Below, piece after piece: positions 50,172 through 64,000 of a stretch of 64,000 bases of DNA. Every line of letters begins with the position of its first letter. Positions within the stretch are counted from its first letter, which is position 1. The notes beneath the pieces were generated by a model. It did not search any database and was not told the origin of the DNA. It saw only the letters and a program-made list of their open reading frames with translations. The stretch is from Octopus bimaculoides (taxonomy: Eukaryota). The stretch covers positions 11,393,592-11,457,591 of the forward strand of contig NC_068993.1 of assembly GCF_001194135.2 (NCBI RefSeq). The letters are read 5' to 3'. The position numbers and the translations under genes were made by a program.

Positions 50172-51230
50172 TACGAGGGTGGGCTGAAGAGTCCATAGGC
50201 TGACTATGTAGGGGTCACGCTAACGTTGTGAAATCTTGCATGTCTTATTTTTAGCCCCTTTTATTAATAACTGCATGTTTTCGGTTCGTGTAAACTGATA
50301 TCTCACTGTTCAAGCAAGGCTTCAAAAGTAATTAGTAGTGACTTCACTTCAAAATTGAGAAAAGTGGACATCGTGATGTACCCAAGAACCTGTAGAATAA
50401 TTGTTTAGACCCCAAGGTCATTCATACATCATTTGCACGGTGTGGAGAATATACCGCCAGCATTGCTCGAAGGACGTCAACATTAGCTTCAAAATTCATC
50501 CAAGGCTAGGACCACGGGCCATAAACCCCTCCTCAATTCAGGATCACAACATACGAATACACTGCAACACAATTTCTTTTTCTTCAACAAGCCCTGCCTT
50601 ATTTAACATTGTCACAAAACAGATCAAGGAGGAAAAGGATCCCATTACCTTTAAACGGAATCTGGACAAATATAGGAATGGCCTTAGGAATGGTCACTTG
50701 TCGTTTGATGACCAACCTTGTTCAGGAAGACTGTCGGCCTCCCGAACGAATGAAAACATGGAAGAAAATTTATGATCTTGAAGGACCATTAGAGGACAAC
50801 TGATGGCTTTGTTAATGTGACTGGTGTGTCCTGGAGCTCCTGCCAACGAAGTTTGAGAGAGGAAAAGAGCTACAGCAAAATGTGTGCCTCGCTTGCTCAT
50901 GGGAGATCAAAACCAATCACGATTCAATGCCTGTCGTGAACTGAATGAACAGTTGGGAGTCGATCCGGAACTCTTTTTCGAAGGTAATGATTGATGAAAG
51001 CTGGTGCTACGGTATTTGCAGATGTGGAAAAGGTGAAGTAAAATAAAACGACGAAGTCGTTAAAAAACATCACATTGCAAGATTTCAAACACTGCTTTGA
51101 ATATTGGAAAACTCGTCTGCATTGCTTTAAATGGAAAACACTTTGAAGGCAAAAAAATTGTAGACATGTAAAACTAAGTTAATAAAATAATATTCCAAAT
51201 TTGCAGTTGCTTTTTGGGTACCTCCTTGTA
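50172..51230 (+). mobile_element. Mariner remnant(s) interrupted by a CR1 fragment
   Basis: TA|CGAGGG TIR-like start; NGHLSFDDQPCSGR; AKCVPRLL; DESWCYG (first catalytic D); QDFKHCFEYWK...FEG; TIR-like end TTTTTGGGTACCTCCTTG|TA. Confidence 0.8.
50385..50671 (+). mobile_element. CR1-like LINE fragment nested in mariner
   Basis: VWRIYRQHCSKDVNISFKIHPRLGPRAI...PALFNIVTKQIKEEKDPITFKRNLDK, the same family as 15788-16585. Confidence 0.85.
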
Positions 51231-51581
51231 AAACTACTAGTGTCGATACATTAGAGTCTAAATATTGAAACAAGTTTTATTTTTAAAGAGGAGAAATATA
51301 TGTATATAGCTGTATTAAAGTGTGTGTTTGTGTTGGTGGGTTTAGTTATTTTTATAATTATGCTACTCGTATCCATATATTGAATAAAATTCTTTATGGC
51401 TGAAGTTAGAAATCTCTAACACTGTAAGTAATGTAAGACACACTTCGAAAAAATCGATAGGGCATCGAATATAATATCGTATTAGCTTCTGAGTTTTGAA
51501 CCCGTTCAAAATAATATTACAATTTATCATTGATATTTAAGAAAAATAAACAACAACCAATTAGTTAGGATGATAGATTAT

Positions 51582-51707
51582 TTAACCCTTATGTCGTAGC
51601 TTGGACAATGACTATTTCAATAAGTATTCAATTATATATAAATCAATAGAAACTAAAATCACCACATTACTGAAAATTATGTATGTTCCGAAAGAATAAA
51701 GGGTTAA
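51582..51707. mobile_element. Possible piggyBac-type MITE
   Basis: TTAA|CCCTT...AAGGG|TTAA, with 118 bp between the TTAA sites. Confidence 0.4.
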
Positions 51708-52046
51708 ATTAACTTATCTTGTACTAAAATATTTGATGATTTAATCTCATTCAGCACTGATTTTGTAATGGTTATATTGTTTGGAAGGAAATTTAATTAT
51801 AAGTTATTTTACTTGCATTTGTTAAGTATATACAAAAAAATATCTAACTCCAAACTTACGTTCGTGTATAAAGTTATGTCTGATTCACACTGATCCATTC
51901 CAAGCTTAGATTACATGTTTATTCCATCAATTGAATGAGCTGTAATTTGTGCATGAAATCAGACTTGACAGTCTTAAGAATGCTAATGCAAAACACATTT
52001 TAATCATGGACGGCAAAAATATAGATGGCACAGGGTTGCGATGACT

Positions 52047-52080
<34 letters not shown>

Positions 52081-52685
52081 NNNNNNNNNNNNNNNNNNNN
52101 NNNNNNNNNNNNNNNNNNNNNNNNNNNNNNNNNNNNNNNNNNNNNNNNNNNNNNNNNNNNNNNNNNNNNNNNNNNNNNNNNNNNNNNNNNNNNNNNNNNN
52201 NNNNNNNNNNNNNNNNNNNNNNNNNNNNNNNNNNNNNNNNNNNNNNNNNNNNNNNNNNNNNNNNNNNNNNNNNNNNNNNNNNNNNNNATATATTTAATTA
52301 CGTCTGCCTGGCCTTGGTGAGACCAGCAACATTAATTAAAGAGAGATGTAATAAATAGATGAACGCATATAAGTCCCGAATATCGTCAGTCCATGTGTAC
52401 AGTACTAAATTTCTGATTTACAAAAGAAAATGAAAATCGGCCCATGATCTCGAAAGCATAGTGCACAGAATGCAATTCCTATATGTACATTGTAATGTAA
52501 GTTTTCCAGACCTACTTGTAGGTCCATGCTTTCTTCTTTGTGCTTTCTTTTCACGTTTGTTTTGCTATGTGTTTTGTGCCTGAAGACTGTGAGATGTTAC
52601 ACATGGTATCATTCATTATTTGGCATGTACTCAGCACAAGGAACTGTTAGTAGCACATTAAGACATGTATTGTGTCTATTAAATA

Positions 52686-52741
<56 letters not shown>

Positions 52742-52754
52742 CTCTCTATATCTC

Positions 52755-52806
<52 letters not shown>

Positions 52807-52836
52807 CATAAATATACACACACACACACACACACA
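52686..52836. repeat. (TATC)n(CA)n microsatellite
   Basis: Directly visible. Confidence 0.95.
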
Positions 52837-53278
52837 TGTGTGATTCTCGCTATTTCTGTGTGTGGCTTATTTTGCATATCTGAATGTTTCTCGATAGATA
52901 TAGTCATAAACATCAGAAGCAGTAAAACTATATGTACATATTGAAGTATTTATAAATCATTCGAAAGTGTCACACAAACAGCCTCAGGAATAAAATCACA
53001 AGTTTATTTTCTGTTGTCTATGCGTTTCACGCAACTTACACGGTTCATGCTATTGTGTTAATATCATTCTGCTTCCATTTTATACCCTGAATCATTCAAT
53101 CCTGTACACTCAGTATATATCATCAGTTAATCACCCAGCATTCGTTATATATTTATCACCTAATCGGGAACGGAACTATATACATAATACATACATATAT
53201 ATGAATACTTACATACACACACACACACACATACACACAGAGACACACAGACATACACACACATACACACACACACAT

Positions 53279-53315
<37 letters not shown>

Positions 53316-53934
53316 CAAGAAACTTAATTCAAACCAAAGGCATTACAACATGTGCTGAGAAAAATATATCTGCCATGAATAAAATTACAACTGCTTTATA
53401 TAGAGATGTGTTTCAGAGCGATACAAATACTTATTGAACTACTAAGATATGAAGGAAAAAAACACGTTATTTCATAAATAATCTTTACTAGAATATCTAA
53501 AAGAAATTTCTTAAGGGCTGGTTACATAATAAAGAAGACCGTGTATTAATATCGGATAATGCCATATGCAACTAAATATGNNNNNNNNNNNNNNNNNNNN
53601 NNNNNNNNNNNNNNNNNNNNNNNNNNNNNNNNNNNNNNNNNNNNNNNNNNNNNNNNNNNNNNNNNNNNNNNNNNNNNNNNNNNNNNNNNNNNNNNNNNNN
53701 NNNNNNNNNNNNNNNNNNNNNNNNNNNNNNNNNNNNNNNNNNNNNNNNNNNNNNNNNNNNNNNNNNNNNNNNNNNNNNNNNNNNNNNNNNNNNNNNNNNN
53801 NNNNNNNNNNNNNNNNNNNNNNNNNNNNNNNNNNNNNNNNNNNNNNNNNNNNNNNNNNNNNNNNNNNNNNNNNNNNNNNNNNNNNNNNNNNNNNNNNNNN
53901 NNNNNNNNNNNNNNNNNNNNNNNNNNNNNNNNNN

Positions 53935-53972
<38 letters not shown>

Positions 53973-53996
53973 GTATATGTATATACATGTATATAT

Positions 53997-54047
<51 letters not shown>

Positions 54048-55615
54048 GATATGTGTATATGTATGTATGTATAGGTGGATGTGCATGTCCTTCTAATGAG
54101 CAAGCTGAGTAGACTCCATGCTTCACCTGGTCTGTAAAACTGGTCTGCGTAATCAACCAACAGGTGAGATCTGGATGGTCATCTGATTATTGGTTTCAAG
54201 TTTTGGCTCAAGGCGAGCGGTTTTTAGAATGGAGGAAGTTGATTACATCGCCCTAAGTTTTCACCTTCTACTTATTAAAGTAACGCCGAAATAATGGAAG
54301 GCTGATGTTATTTTAACTCTTTGTTTTTTCAAGTTTGAGCACGAATTTCGAGAAACTAGCTTCGGATCGATTTGCGGTCATCGAATATTCTTTCCAGTAT
54401 GAAGACCCCTACTTTCTACTGTCTGCAACTCTTCAGCGCATGTCTGTTGACAGTCTTCTGCGTTTTAGCGTGACTTACAAAGTCCCTTTGCAAAATTCCA
54501 ATTTGATTGCAACGAATTCAAATTTGATGGCAAAGAATCTAAACTAGATCGAAAACAACTATATATAAACTTATATGTCAATTTCTCAACTTCTCCCTCA
54601 CTTTCTCTCTCTTTGTTTCTCTCTCTCTCTCTCTCTCTCTCATACAGACACATTCGTACACACACACACGCACGTACACATACACACACACACGCACACA
54701 CACACACGCACACACATTAAAAGTCAGGGCACTATATGCAACTGTTTTGCTAGAAAGAAGAGTTAAAACTCTCGAAAACCAAGCATCTCTTAATATATGT
54801 AAACATACACGGAGAATGCAGCAAATATATTTAGAAAAGACTCTCGTTCCAATTTGTAAATGTTCAAAGAGGATGGAAGATATCCCAGTATCAATTGATT
54901 TCGCTTTCTGTACCGAAAGACACTTAAAGCTCATCAGCTCAGCTTACTGAGCAAACTATTTAAAAAAAAATCATACATACATACATACATATATATANNN
55001 NNNNNNNNNNNNNNNNNNNNNNNNNNNNNNNNNNNNNNNNNNNNNNNNNNNNNNNNNNNNNNNNNNNNNNNNNNNNNNNNNNNNNNNNNNNNNNNNNNNN
55101 NNNNNNNNNNNNNNNNNNNNNNNNNNNNNNNNNNNNNNNNNNNNNNNNNNNNNNNNNNNNNNNNNNNNNNNNNNNNNNNNNNNNNNNNNNNNNNNNNNNN
55201 NNNNNNNNNNNNNNNNNNNNNNNNNNNNNNNNNNNNNNNNNNNNNNNNNNNNNNNNNNNNNNNNNNNNNNNNNNNNNNNNNNNNNNNNNNNNNNNNNNNN
55301 NNNNNNNNNNNNNNNNNNNNNNNNNNNNNNNNNNNNNNNNNNNNNNNNNNNNNNNNNNNNNNNNNNNNNNNNNNNNNNNNNNNNNNNNNNNNNNNNNNNN
55401 NNNNNNNNNNNNNNNNNNNNNNNNNNNNNNNNNNNNNNNNNNNNNNNNNNNNNNNNNNNNNNNNNNNNNNNNNNNNNNNNNNNNNNNNNNNNNNNNNNNN
55501 NNNNNNNNNNNNNNNNNNNNNNNNNNNNNNNNNNNNNNNNNNNNNNNNNNNNNNNNNNNNNNNNNNNNNNNNNNNNNNNNNNNNNNNNNNNNNNNNNNNN
55601 NNNNNNNNNNNNNNN

Positions 55616-55916
55616 GCCATGAATGACCATGGGATTGCACCTACAAAGTTACCCTGCGAGGCACAAGTCTGAGCAAGGTTGTTTATGGATACCGGCCTCC
55701 CCTCTCCACGCCACCAGTTTTATTCAAGGGAAAGGCAAAGGGGCCGATACAGCTTGGCACCAGTGACATCGCAACTCATTTCTACAGCTTAGTAAACTGG
55801 AGCAACATCAAATAGAGCGTCTTGCTGAAGAACACAACACGCACACCGGTCCGGGATTCGAACTCACAACCTCATGGTCGTAAGTTCGACGCTCTAACCA
55901 CTGAGCCGTGCGTCTT
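55616..55916 (-). mobile_element. tRNA-derived SINE, family C, near full length with CORE/Meta-like central domain
   Basis: Minus strand GACGCACGGCTCAGTGGTTAGAGCGTCG (A box), GAGTTCGAATCCCGG (B box), then GTTGTGTTCTTCAGCAAGAC...TGCTCCAGTTTACTAAGCTGTAGAAATGAGT. Confidence 0.85.
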
Positions 55917-56333
55917 CCTCCCCCATATATATACACACATATGTATATATGTATATATATATATATATATATATGTATATACACACACACATATATATAT
56001 ATATATATACACACATATGNNNNNNNNNNNNNNNNNNNNNNNNNNNNNNNNNNNNNNNNNNNNNNNNNNNNNNNNNNNNNNNNNNNNNNNNNNNNNNNNN
56101 NNNNNNNNNNNNNNNNNNNNNNNNNNNNNNNNNNNNNNNNNNNNNNNNNNNNNNNNNNNNNNNNNNNNNNNNNNNNNNNNNNNNNNNNNNNNNNNNNNNN
56201 NNNNNNNNNNNNNNNNNNNNNNNNNNNNNNNNNNNNNNNNNNNNNNNNNNNNNNNNNNNNNNNNNNNNNNNNNNNNNNNNNNNNNNNNNNNNNNNNNNNN
56301 NNNNNNNNNNNNNNNNNNNNNNNNNNNNNNNNN

Positions 56334-56393
<60 letters not shown>

Positions 56394-59225
56394 TTATATA
56401 TATCTTTTTATATGTGTGTGTGTGTGTGTTTACGTGACTACCCAAAACCTATTCCACTTGATGTAAGAATTGTTAATTCATATCTCTCATGTAATAAATG
56501 AAACAACTATTGTTACATAGAGGATGTGATTCTCAAATTTCCCACAGGACTCTTCCAACTAGCACATGATATTGTGCACAATAATCTTAGCATGTTTAAC
56601 TGACTAAATCCTCATGCTGTGTATCGACACTCGATTGAAATTCCTCGAAATAATCCACACAGGTTTTAACTGTAATTGAAATAAACAACGGTTACTTAGC
56701 AATGTTATCTTCCTCTTGTTTTGCATGATGGATGGATTTCCCCGTACACCTGTATTTGTATTTATAGGCAACAAAATATGGCGACTGCGCTTGTCAGTCA
56801 GCATAATTAAAATTTCATTGATACTGTCTTCACGCTGTGAATCCTATCAAACTGTATTCAATGGTTCAAATCTGGGTTAAATCCTAAATAATACTATGTT
56901 ATATTATATAACTGTTATTATATTACATCATACTATATCATATAAGTTATATTAAATTATATTATATTATATTATAGTAATGACTAGAGCCAAAAGTGTC
57001 CATTGATGAGCACTTGTCGAGAGAGTGACTGGATTTAAATATTTCCCATTGGGATTTATGCCTAGGTCTGTTTTCTTACATTCGCATGCAAACAGATTCA
57101 GTTAACTGAATCAGTTTGCTCATGAATTTAGACATTACTAAGCTATATTGTCATAGAGAAGACGTAAACATATACATAATCGTACGAGACAAAAAGATCC
57201 CATAGTGTTTTATGCAGACTGGACTTAAATAAAAGGCTTCTTCTCTGAAAGTATATTCAATATTAATATATTGTCCTATGATAATACAGAGTTAAGCTGT
57301 GTATCTATCTGTACATAGTGGTCCGTTTAAAGAATGGTTGATAGATTCTCCCCTTCACTTCATGCTGCTGGATATCCACTCTCCATTCTTTATCACTGTA
57401 TTCTACAACCTAATTTCTAAGGAACTAGACCTTATTTTATTATTTTCCCAAGTGAAGATTTCTTAGATTTATTTTATTAATCATTTATAACTCGGGAAAT
57501 GACGTTCCAACATATAATCAATTAAGAAATATCTATGTATAATTCATTAGAGTGAAAATGAGGTACATAGGTTAGTCCCTAAATTTACCACCAAGCTGAT
57601 CCCAAAGAAACAATTTACTAGCTGACAAGTAAATTATTACGGCTTCATTATATTTTATATCTATATATCAAAGAAAAGAAATGTGCCAAAAACAACCTTA
57701 AAGTACTATACGAATGACATTTGTTTTGCTGATGTTTCATTCTGAATTCCACAAATATCATCCTCATATCTCTTATGTGATCGAAACGTGAAGCTTCGAT
57801 TGACGAATTAAAGATGGAGATTGTGTAAATCGTATAATCTACTTGAGTATTCCCTCCTTATTTCAAATACCAAAATTATAAATATTCATACATATTTAAT
57901 TGTTGATATATCTACTTCCTAAATAATGGATCAAAGTTTCCATTGGATTGTAGATAACAGATTGTTTTACTGTAATCATTCTAATGGATGTAAACAGTCA
58001 ACCTCGGTGGAATTTGAATTCAGTTCCGAATTGTCATGGATCATTTGAAATTTTAATATAAACATTATGTCACACCGACATGTTGTTAAAATGCTCATAT
58101 TCAAGCTACATGGATTTCTGTTTAGTTCCACTGGACGGCATCATGTGCCAGTAACTTTTAAAATAGCTGCGGCCCGACTGATGACTTCTGAGTGAATTTT
58201 AATGATGGAAACTGTGTGGAAGTCCTTAGTGTATTAGAGTGTGTATATGTGTGGCAGATTTGTGTCAATATGTTTGCCTCCTATCAAAGCTTGACAACCG
58301 ATGTTATTTTGTGTACGTCACCTTATTCAAGAATTTCGACAAAAAATGATGTAATAGTTAGTAGACTTAGAAAATGACTATCAGAGAGATGGGTTTCACT
58401 GAACACTTGAAGGTGGTGCTCCAGTATGGCTGCAGTCCAGTAATTGAAACAAGTAAATGATAAAGGATAGAAGATGCATCAGCAAATTGAAATTAGTTTC
58501 AAATCAAAGAGTAATGATATTTGCGTCAGAAACAATAAATACATCATGTAGGTTTTTTGTTCCAAAATTAAAGAAAGAAACAAATATTTTCAAGTTGCCG
58601 TCAGGAGCACAAGCGCTCTATTTGAAATGACATGATGACGAATAGAGAAGATCCGCTATCCTAAACCTTTTCTGCTGACCATAGAACCATTCTCTCAACT
58701 TCCAACGTAGTAGCGTCTGTTGTATCAACCGAGAAAAAAACCTGAATTTAAATTATGTAAGCCTGGATAATCAAACATAAATGTTCGTACATTCTCCCAT
58801 ATGTATATGTATATGCATATATATATATATATATANNNNNNNNNNNNNNNNNNNNNNNNNNNNNNNNNNNNNNNNNNNNNNNNNNNNNNNNNNNNNNNNN
58901 NNNNNNNNNNNNNNNNNNNNNNNNNNNNNNNNNNNNNNNNNNNNNNNNNNNNNNNNNNNNNNNNNNNNNNNNNNNNNNNNNNNNNNNNNNNNNNNNNNNN
59001 NNNNNNNNNNNNNNNNNNNNNNNNAAACAAAGGCAGACGACACAGTTATGGATACAGAGCTATACACACATATCCATGCATGCGAAACTTGTGGATGTGG
59101 GAGACGTGTGTGTATGTACAGCTGCATTTGTGTAAGCACGTAGACATCATATTCTCATATTAGCTTTTATAGATATGTTACATATAATTTCAAAGCTGCA
59201 TACATATCCGATATATATATATATG

Positions 59226-59256
<31 letters not shown>

Positions 59257-59266
59257 NNNNNNNNNN

Positions 59267-59300
<34 letters not shown>

Positions 59301-59953
59301 CATTGTTCGATAATATACGTGGTATTGCATTCCTCTTTACGGTCAAATGAGGAAAATTATCGTAATGGGAATTGCTTCTAACTGCAATAAATTCCGATAA
59401 AATGTCAAAATTGAACTCAAAACCTACATATTGAATTCATTCATCAAACATACCCCTTCGGGGTTGTGTTGTACAGAATTTCTACAAAATATACCAACAT
59501 AAAGGTAGAATTCTGTTACGCTACTAATTCATTGGTTGCTGGTTAGTGGAACTGTTCTGTATTCGGCCAACGCAGTTAGTTCTATAATGATGCATAGGCC
59601 ATTCATACATAATAAGCACACTGATATCTATATCTACATCTATATCTATCTGTCCATGTATGTATGTATGTATGTATGTATGTATGTATGTATGCTTGTA
59701 TGTATGTATGTATGTTGTAAATAATGGTTCTACAAATGCCATATCCCTGCATATCTCACATGTATTTTCATTCCTCCACTTTACTCTCTATTTCGTATCT
59801 TATCTAAATTAATTATTGCTTAACGATTTTCTCTCACTGTCTCCGATGAAAGGATATAATAAATATCCTGGAAACAACTGTAAGACCTTCTATTTATAAA
59901 TGTTCTAAAATATTCATAGCCTTGGTTTTTTTTATCCTATTCTGAAAAGCAAT

Positions 59954-59994
<41 letters not shown>

Positions 59995-60464
59995 NNNNNN
60001 NNNNNNNNNNNNNNNNNNNNNNNNNNNNNNNNNNNNNNNNNNNNNNNNNNNNNNNNNNNNNNNNNNNNNNNNNNNNNNNNNNNNNNNNNNNNNNNNNNNN
60101 NNNNNNNNNNNNNNNNNNNNNNNNNNNNNNNNNNNNNNNNNNNNNNNNNNNNNNNNNNNNNNNNNNNNNNNNNNNNNNNNNNNNNNNNNNNNNNNNNNNN
60201 NNNNNNNNNNNNNNNNNNNNNNNNNNNNNNNNNNNNNNNNNNNNNNNNNNNNNNNNNNNNNNNNNNNNNNNNNNNNNNNNNNNNNNNNNNNNNNNNNNNN
60301 NNNNNNNNNNNNNNNNNNNNNNNNNNNNNNNNNNNNNNNTATATATATATATATATGCATATATATATATATATATAAATAAATATAAATAAATATATGT
60401 GACTAAACGAATACCCATATGTTTATACATATACACACATATGCATACATACCTATACGCATAT

Positions 60465-60509
<45 letters not shown>

Positions 60510-61039
60510 AGTGTGTGGATGAGTGAGAGAGAGAGAATGATAATGAGTGAGAGATGGATAAATTGATAGATAGATAGATAGAAAGAGAGTAACAGAGAGA
60601 GATACTGGTTGAATTAATAAACTGACTCATAATAGATGTGGCACAACTTATCACGTAATGACCATCAAAATGGAAATATTTAAATGTTTTCTATAGATGT
60701 AATAACGCTAATCTTGTTTTCTGGTAACCCCTCGCATTTTTAGTTCTGATCGATTTATAGAAATATAATTTAGTAGTGATGTGGTTTATCCCCCACCCCC
60801 CCCAGATTGTTATCATCCGTCGCTGCAACCGTAACGTTCCCGTTTTGTTGCATTTCAAAAATGTAATTGTCCCAGGTGCAATTCTTTTGTTTCTATGGTG
60901 GTACAGAATGATGTGTAAGGAGTTGACTAATATTCCTAGCAGATAAATCAATCATGTGCTCGGTTCTTTGTTCGATCGATACAAGATGAAAACTTCTAAA
61001 TGCTGACAAAATGTTCTTTTATTAATTATCGCTCTCTCA

Positions 61040-61200
61040 AGCCTGATTGATGGGCAGAATCGTTAGAGCATTGGATAAAATGGCTTGCAGCATGTGACCG
61101 TTTTATTCTTCCTAGCTGATAAATTATAGTGTCAGTGAAGTACTGGCATTGATATAATTGACTGTCAACTCCTTCCAAATTTCTGACCTTGTATCGAAGT
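61040..61200 (+). mobile_element. Degenerate SINE family A
   Basis: GGCAGAATCGTTAGAGCATTGGATAAAATG...GTACTGGCATTGATATAATTGACT...AAATTTCTGACCTTGT. Confidence 0.6.
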
Positions 61201-61476
61201 TAACTGATGCCCTCCCTTCATCTCTCTTTCTCTTTTTCTCTCTCTCCCTTCCTCTCTCTCGTTCACTCTCTTATCCCGAACTTCTTTTTCGTAATTATAT
61301 ACAATGACGGACTGACCCAATGAAAGCTAGTTATCTTGACAATAGTATCGACCATCATTTTCACACACTTAATACACGATATCCTGTTAATGTACCATAT
61401 ATTTCATTACATACAAAATAATATATTTGTTATTTATTGATATCGTTCTCATATATTATTTTAACATTCCTTTTTG

Positions 61477-61566
61477 CTATAGGTACAAGGCCTGAAATTT
61501 TGGGAGATGGGGGATAATCGATTACATTGACCTCCGTGCTCAACTGGTACTTATTTAGAACGACCT
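61477..61566 (-). mobile_element. SINE family A 3' fragment
   Basis: GTACAAGGCCTGAAATTTTGGGAG..GGGATAATCGATTACATTGACC...CAACTGGTACTTATTT. Confidence 0.7.
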
Positions 61567-63022
61567 ACAATTTTACTAGAATCTTCATAGACCTGTCTTT
61601 GGAAAAAAGAAATATCACCATTACTCATGGACTAATTAAACGGATAGAGTTTTTTCCTGATTAAGTCTTTCACATAATTAACGAACAAATTTTTTTAAAT
61701 GAGAAACTATCGTTCATATTTGTAATTCGTAAAATGTGTTTCTATAATTACAGAGTTCGAATATATCGAAAGAATAATTGAAACATAACACATTCAGAAA
61801 CAGCTAAAACATACGCAATAAAGTTAATACAAATAAGGGAGATTGTAGTTGCTATCATTGTCCAGTCATATATATGCTATGATTTTAACATTAAAAAACT
61901 ATTGTAAACATAATCACATCAAATTCAGAATACTCTCATTGTCATGCGAGTCACCGATTTGTGCTATACTAGTGTATTTAAAATAAACAGTAGAAGTGAA
62001 ATGGATATCGATACAATACGTCTGTATCTAAATCGAAGACTTCTACAATCGAAGACCTTTTGCACAATGCTGCACCAGATGAATCAACGAGTGATTAAAA
62101 TGTTTTTGCAGAAAGATATATATAACATGAACTTCTGCATACTTTCCATCTAACAAAATCGATTTACTAAACGATTCAAAGACAGAGCCTATACGGCTCC
62201 CCACATAATTTTACAAATTTTCCGATTGAAAGAGACTGTATTTCGCCCAGGATTAAGAGAAATGCAACATCTTATGAAATAAGTTACCACACATAAATTT
62301 CGAGGAATTATATTTACCATGTGAAAACAGAATACTTACACATTAAAGAAAGTAATTATAAGCATAAAACAACGAGGATGACCACAAAGTGAATGCTTTA
62401 TATTACAGGTTTACATGATGAGGGAAACGCTGGATGTAAAGAAAATAAGCGAAAATGGATTACACATTCAAGAAACAACTGTATTCTATTGGGAAATAGA
62501 GATGGGAAGACAGATGAAGAAATATATTAAAGAGCGAGTGTCATAGTGAGTTAGAACGTATGCCTGCGTACGTAACTGGAAATTGATTTCCTACATGGGT
62601 AAAAAGACATATATTTAGAATATTTAGAATATATATCCTCAGGTACGGAATGATGGTTTTACAGAAACTGAATTTCAATAACAAAAAGTATGATGAGAGT
62701 TGACACACACCAAGACGTTTAATATTAAATTGCTTCTATTTCAGAAGAGATATTACACAAGTCGTCACATTGAAACGCAATCCATCCTAGAATGTCAAGA
62801 ATTATGTAAAAATCCATTCTACATTATATATTCGATTACTTGTGGTATGTGAGAACAAAAATGAAATTATGTAATTACGATGCGTTCCTTAATATTTTTA
62901 GCAATATACATAAAATAATTTGTCTTAGGGCAATAACGTACATCTCAATTTAGGCAAATTATTTTGGGATTTACTAATGCCAAAATGAAAACATACGTGA
63001 TGCTGACTAAAGAATAAATTGT

Positions 63023-63200
63023 TACTGTATACATTCTTCTTCTTCTTCTTCTTCTTCTTCTTCTTCTTCTTCTTCTTCTTCTTCTTCTTCTTCTTCTTCT
63101 TCTTCTTCTTCTTCTTCTTCTTCTTCTTCTTCTTCTACTTCTTCTGCTTCTTCTTCTTCTTTTTGTTGATCTTATTGTTGTTGTTGTTCTTCTTCTCTAT
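63023..63200. repeat. (TTC)n microsatellite
   Basis: Directly visible. Confidence 0.95.
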
Positions 63201-63499
63201 TTCTTCATCTTCTTTTTATTATTATTATATATTATGTGGTCAGAATTTGTTAGACTGCATGATATAAGAATTTTTTCAACAAACCTTCGTTGATACCTTG
63301 TCAAATGCGTTTGCTTAGCACCTGAGGATTTTTGTGTAAGAAGCCCCCATCGACACCTCCTTTTATCGTGTTCGTCAGTAACACGTACGGTTACCATATT
63401 TGAAACATGTTCATGCGATCACAAACAGAAAAACAAGAAAGATCCCTAAAATTATCACACGTCCAAATGTTTTTTTTTTTTTGTTTTNNNNNNNNNNAG

Positions 63500-63612
63500 C
63501 CGGCATCACCACCACCACTACCACGACGTCGACCACGACGACGACCACCACGGCCACCACAACCACCACAACCACCGACATCACCACCACCACTACCACC
63601 ACCACCGTCACA
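63500..63612. repeat. Imperfect (CCA/CGA)n trinucleotide repeat
   Basis: Directly visible. Confidence 0.9.
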
Positions 63613-63784
63613 ATCATACACCTAATGTTGAGCCATTTGTCTGTTTCTACGTATACGTGTATATCCGTATGTACCTGTTCTACATGTGAATATCTGCACA
63701 CGCATATATTTATATACGCATGTCATACTTCCCAGTATTAATCTACAAACTTTATTATCTATCAGCATCAGCTTACATGATCAT

Positions 63785-63905
63785 ATATCGATCCCAGTAA
63801 TTGACTGCTATTTTATCGACCCCAGTAGGATGAATAGCAAAGCTGACCTCCTCGGGATTTGAGCTCAACAAGTAGAGAGTCGGAGAAAATGCGGCGAAGC
63901 AGTTT
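63785..63905 (-). mobile_element. SINE family A fragment
   Basis: ATCGATCCCAGTA...TTTTATCGACCCC.GTAGGATGAATAGCAAAGCTGACCTC..GGGATTTGAGCTCA. Confidence 0.65.
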
Positions 63906-64000
63906 TAGTAAAAATCACGACATATAAACATATGCGCGTATAAAATACATGTCCATGCATCTCTCTCCTTCTCTCTGTGTATATATAAATATATATCCAT

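Noticed and set aside
54313-54766. TTAACTCTT...AAGAGTTAA possible piggyBac-like element
   Set aside because: Only 5 bp of inverted match beyond TTAA, with non-canonical ends in AT-rich DNA.
58173-58220. CTGATGA...GAAAC hammerhead-like spacing
   Set aside because: No stem I or stem II pairing.
63345-63385. Minus-strand CTGACGA-ACAC...GTGT-CGATG
   Set aside because: A stem-II-like pairing exists, but GAAA and stems I and III are missing. Probably chance.

Overview
AT-rich eukaryotic (animal) genomic DNA, very dense in microsatellites. It has 23 assembly gaps (about 7.7 kb of N by my count), most flanked by (TA)n. The microsatellite load and SINE families resemble a coleoid cephalopod, probably Octopus; this is my recognition, not a database result. 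I find no complete protein-coding gene, rRNA, true tRNA gene or CRISPR array. Nearly all ORF-track entries are microsatellite or N artefacts, or decayed transposon pieces. Recognisable content is several tRNA-derived SINE families, non-LTR retrotransposon fragments (R4/Dong-like with RLE endonuclease, CR1-like, Tx1-like), Penelope-like element (PLE) fragments and mariner transposase remnants. The most interesting signal is a short repeat family joining a tRNA-like Pol III head to a tail with a minimal type-I hammerhead ribozyme. The core is intact at 42813-42858, and degenerate copies lie at about 1895, 39414 and 39659. At two independent loci the element is arranged as a head-to-head inverted pair. 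A few weak host-exon candidates are flagged, the best being an Ig-strand plus transmembrane exon at 5229-5471 on the minus strand.
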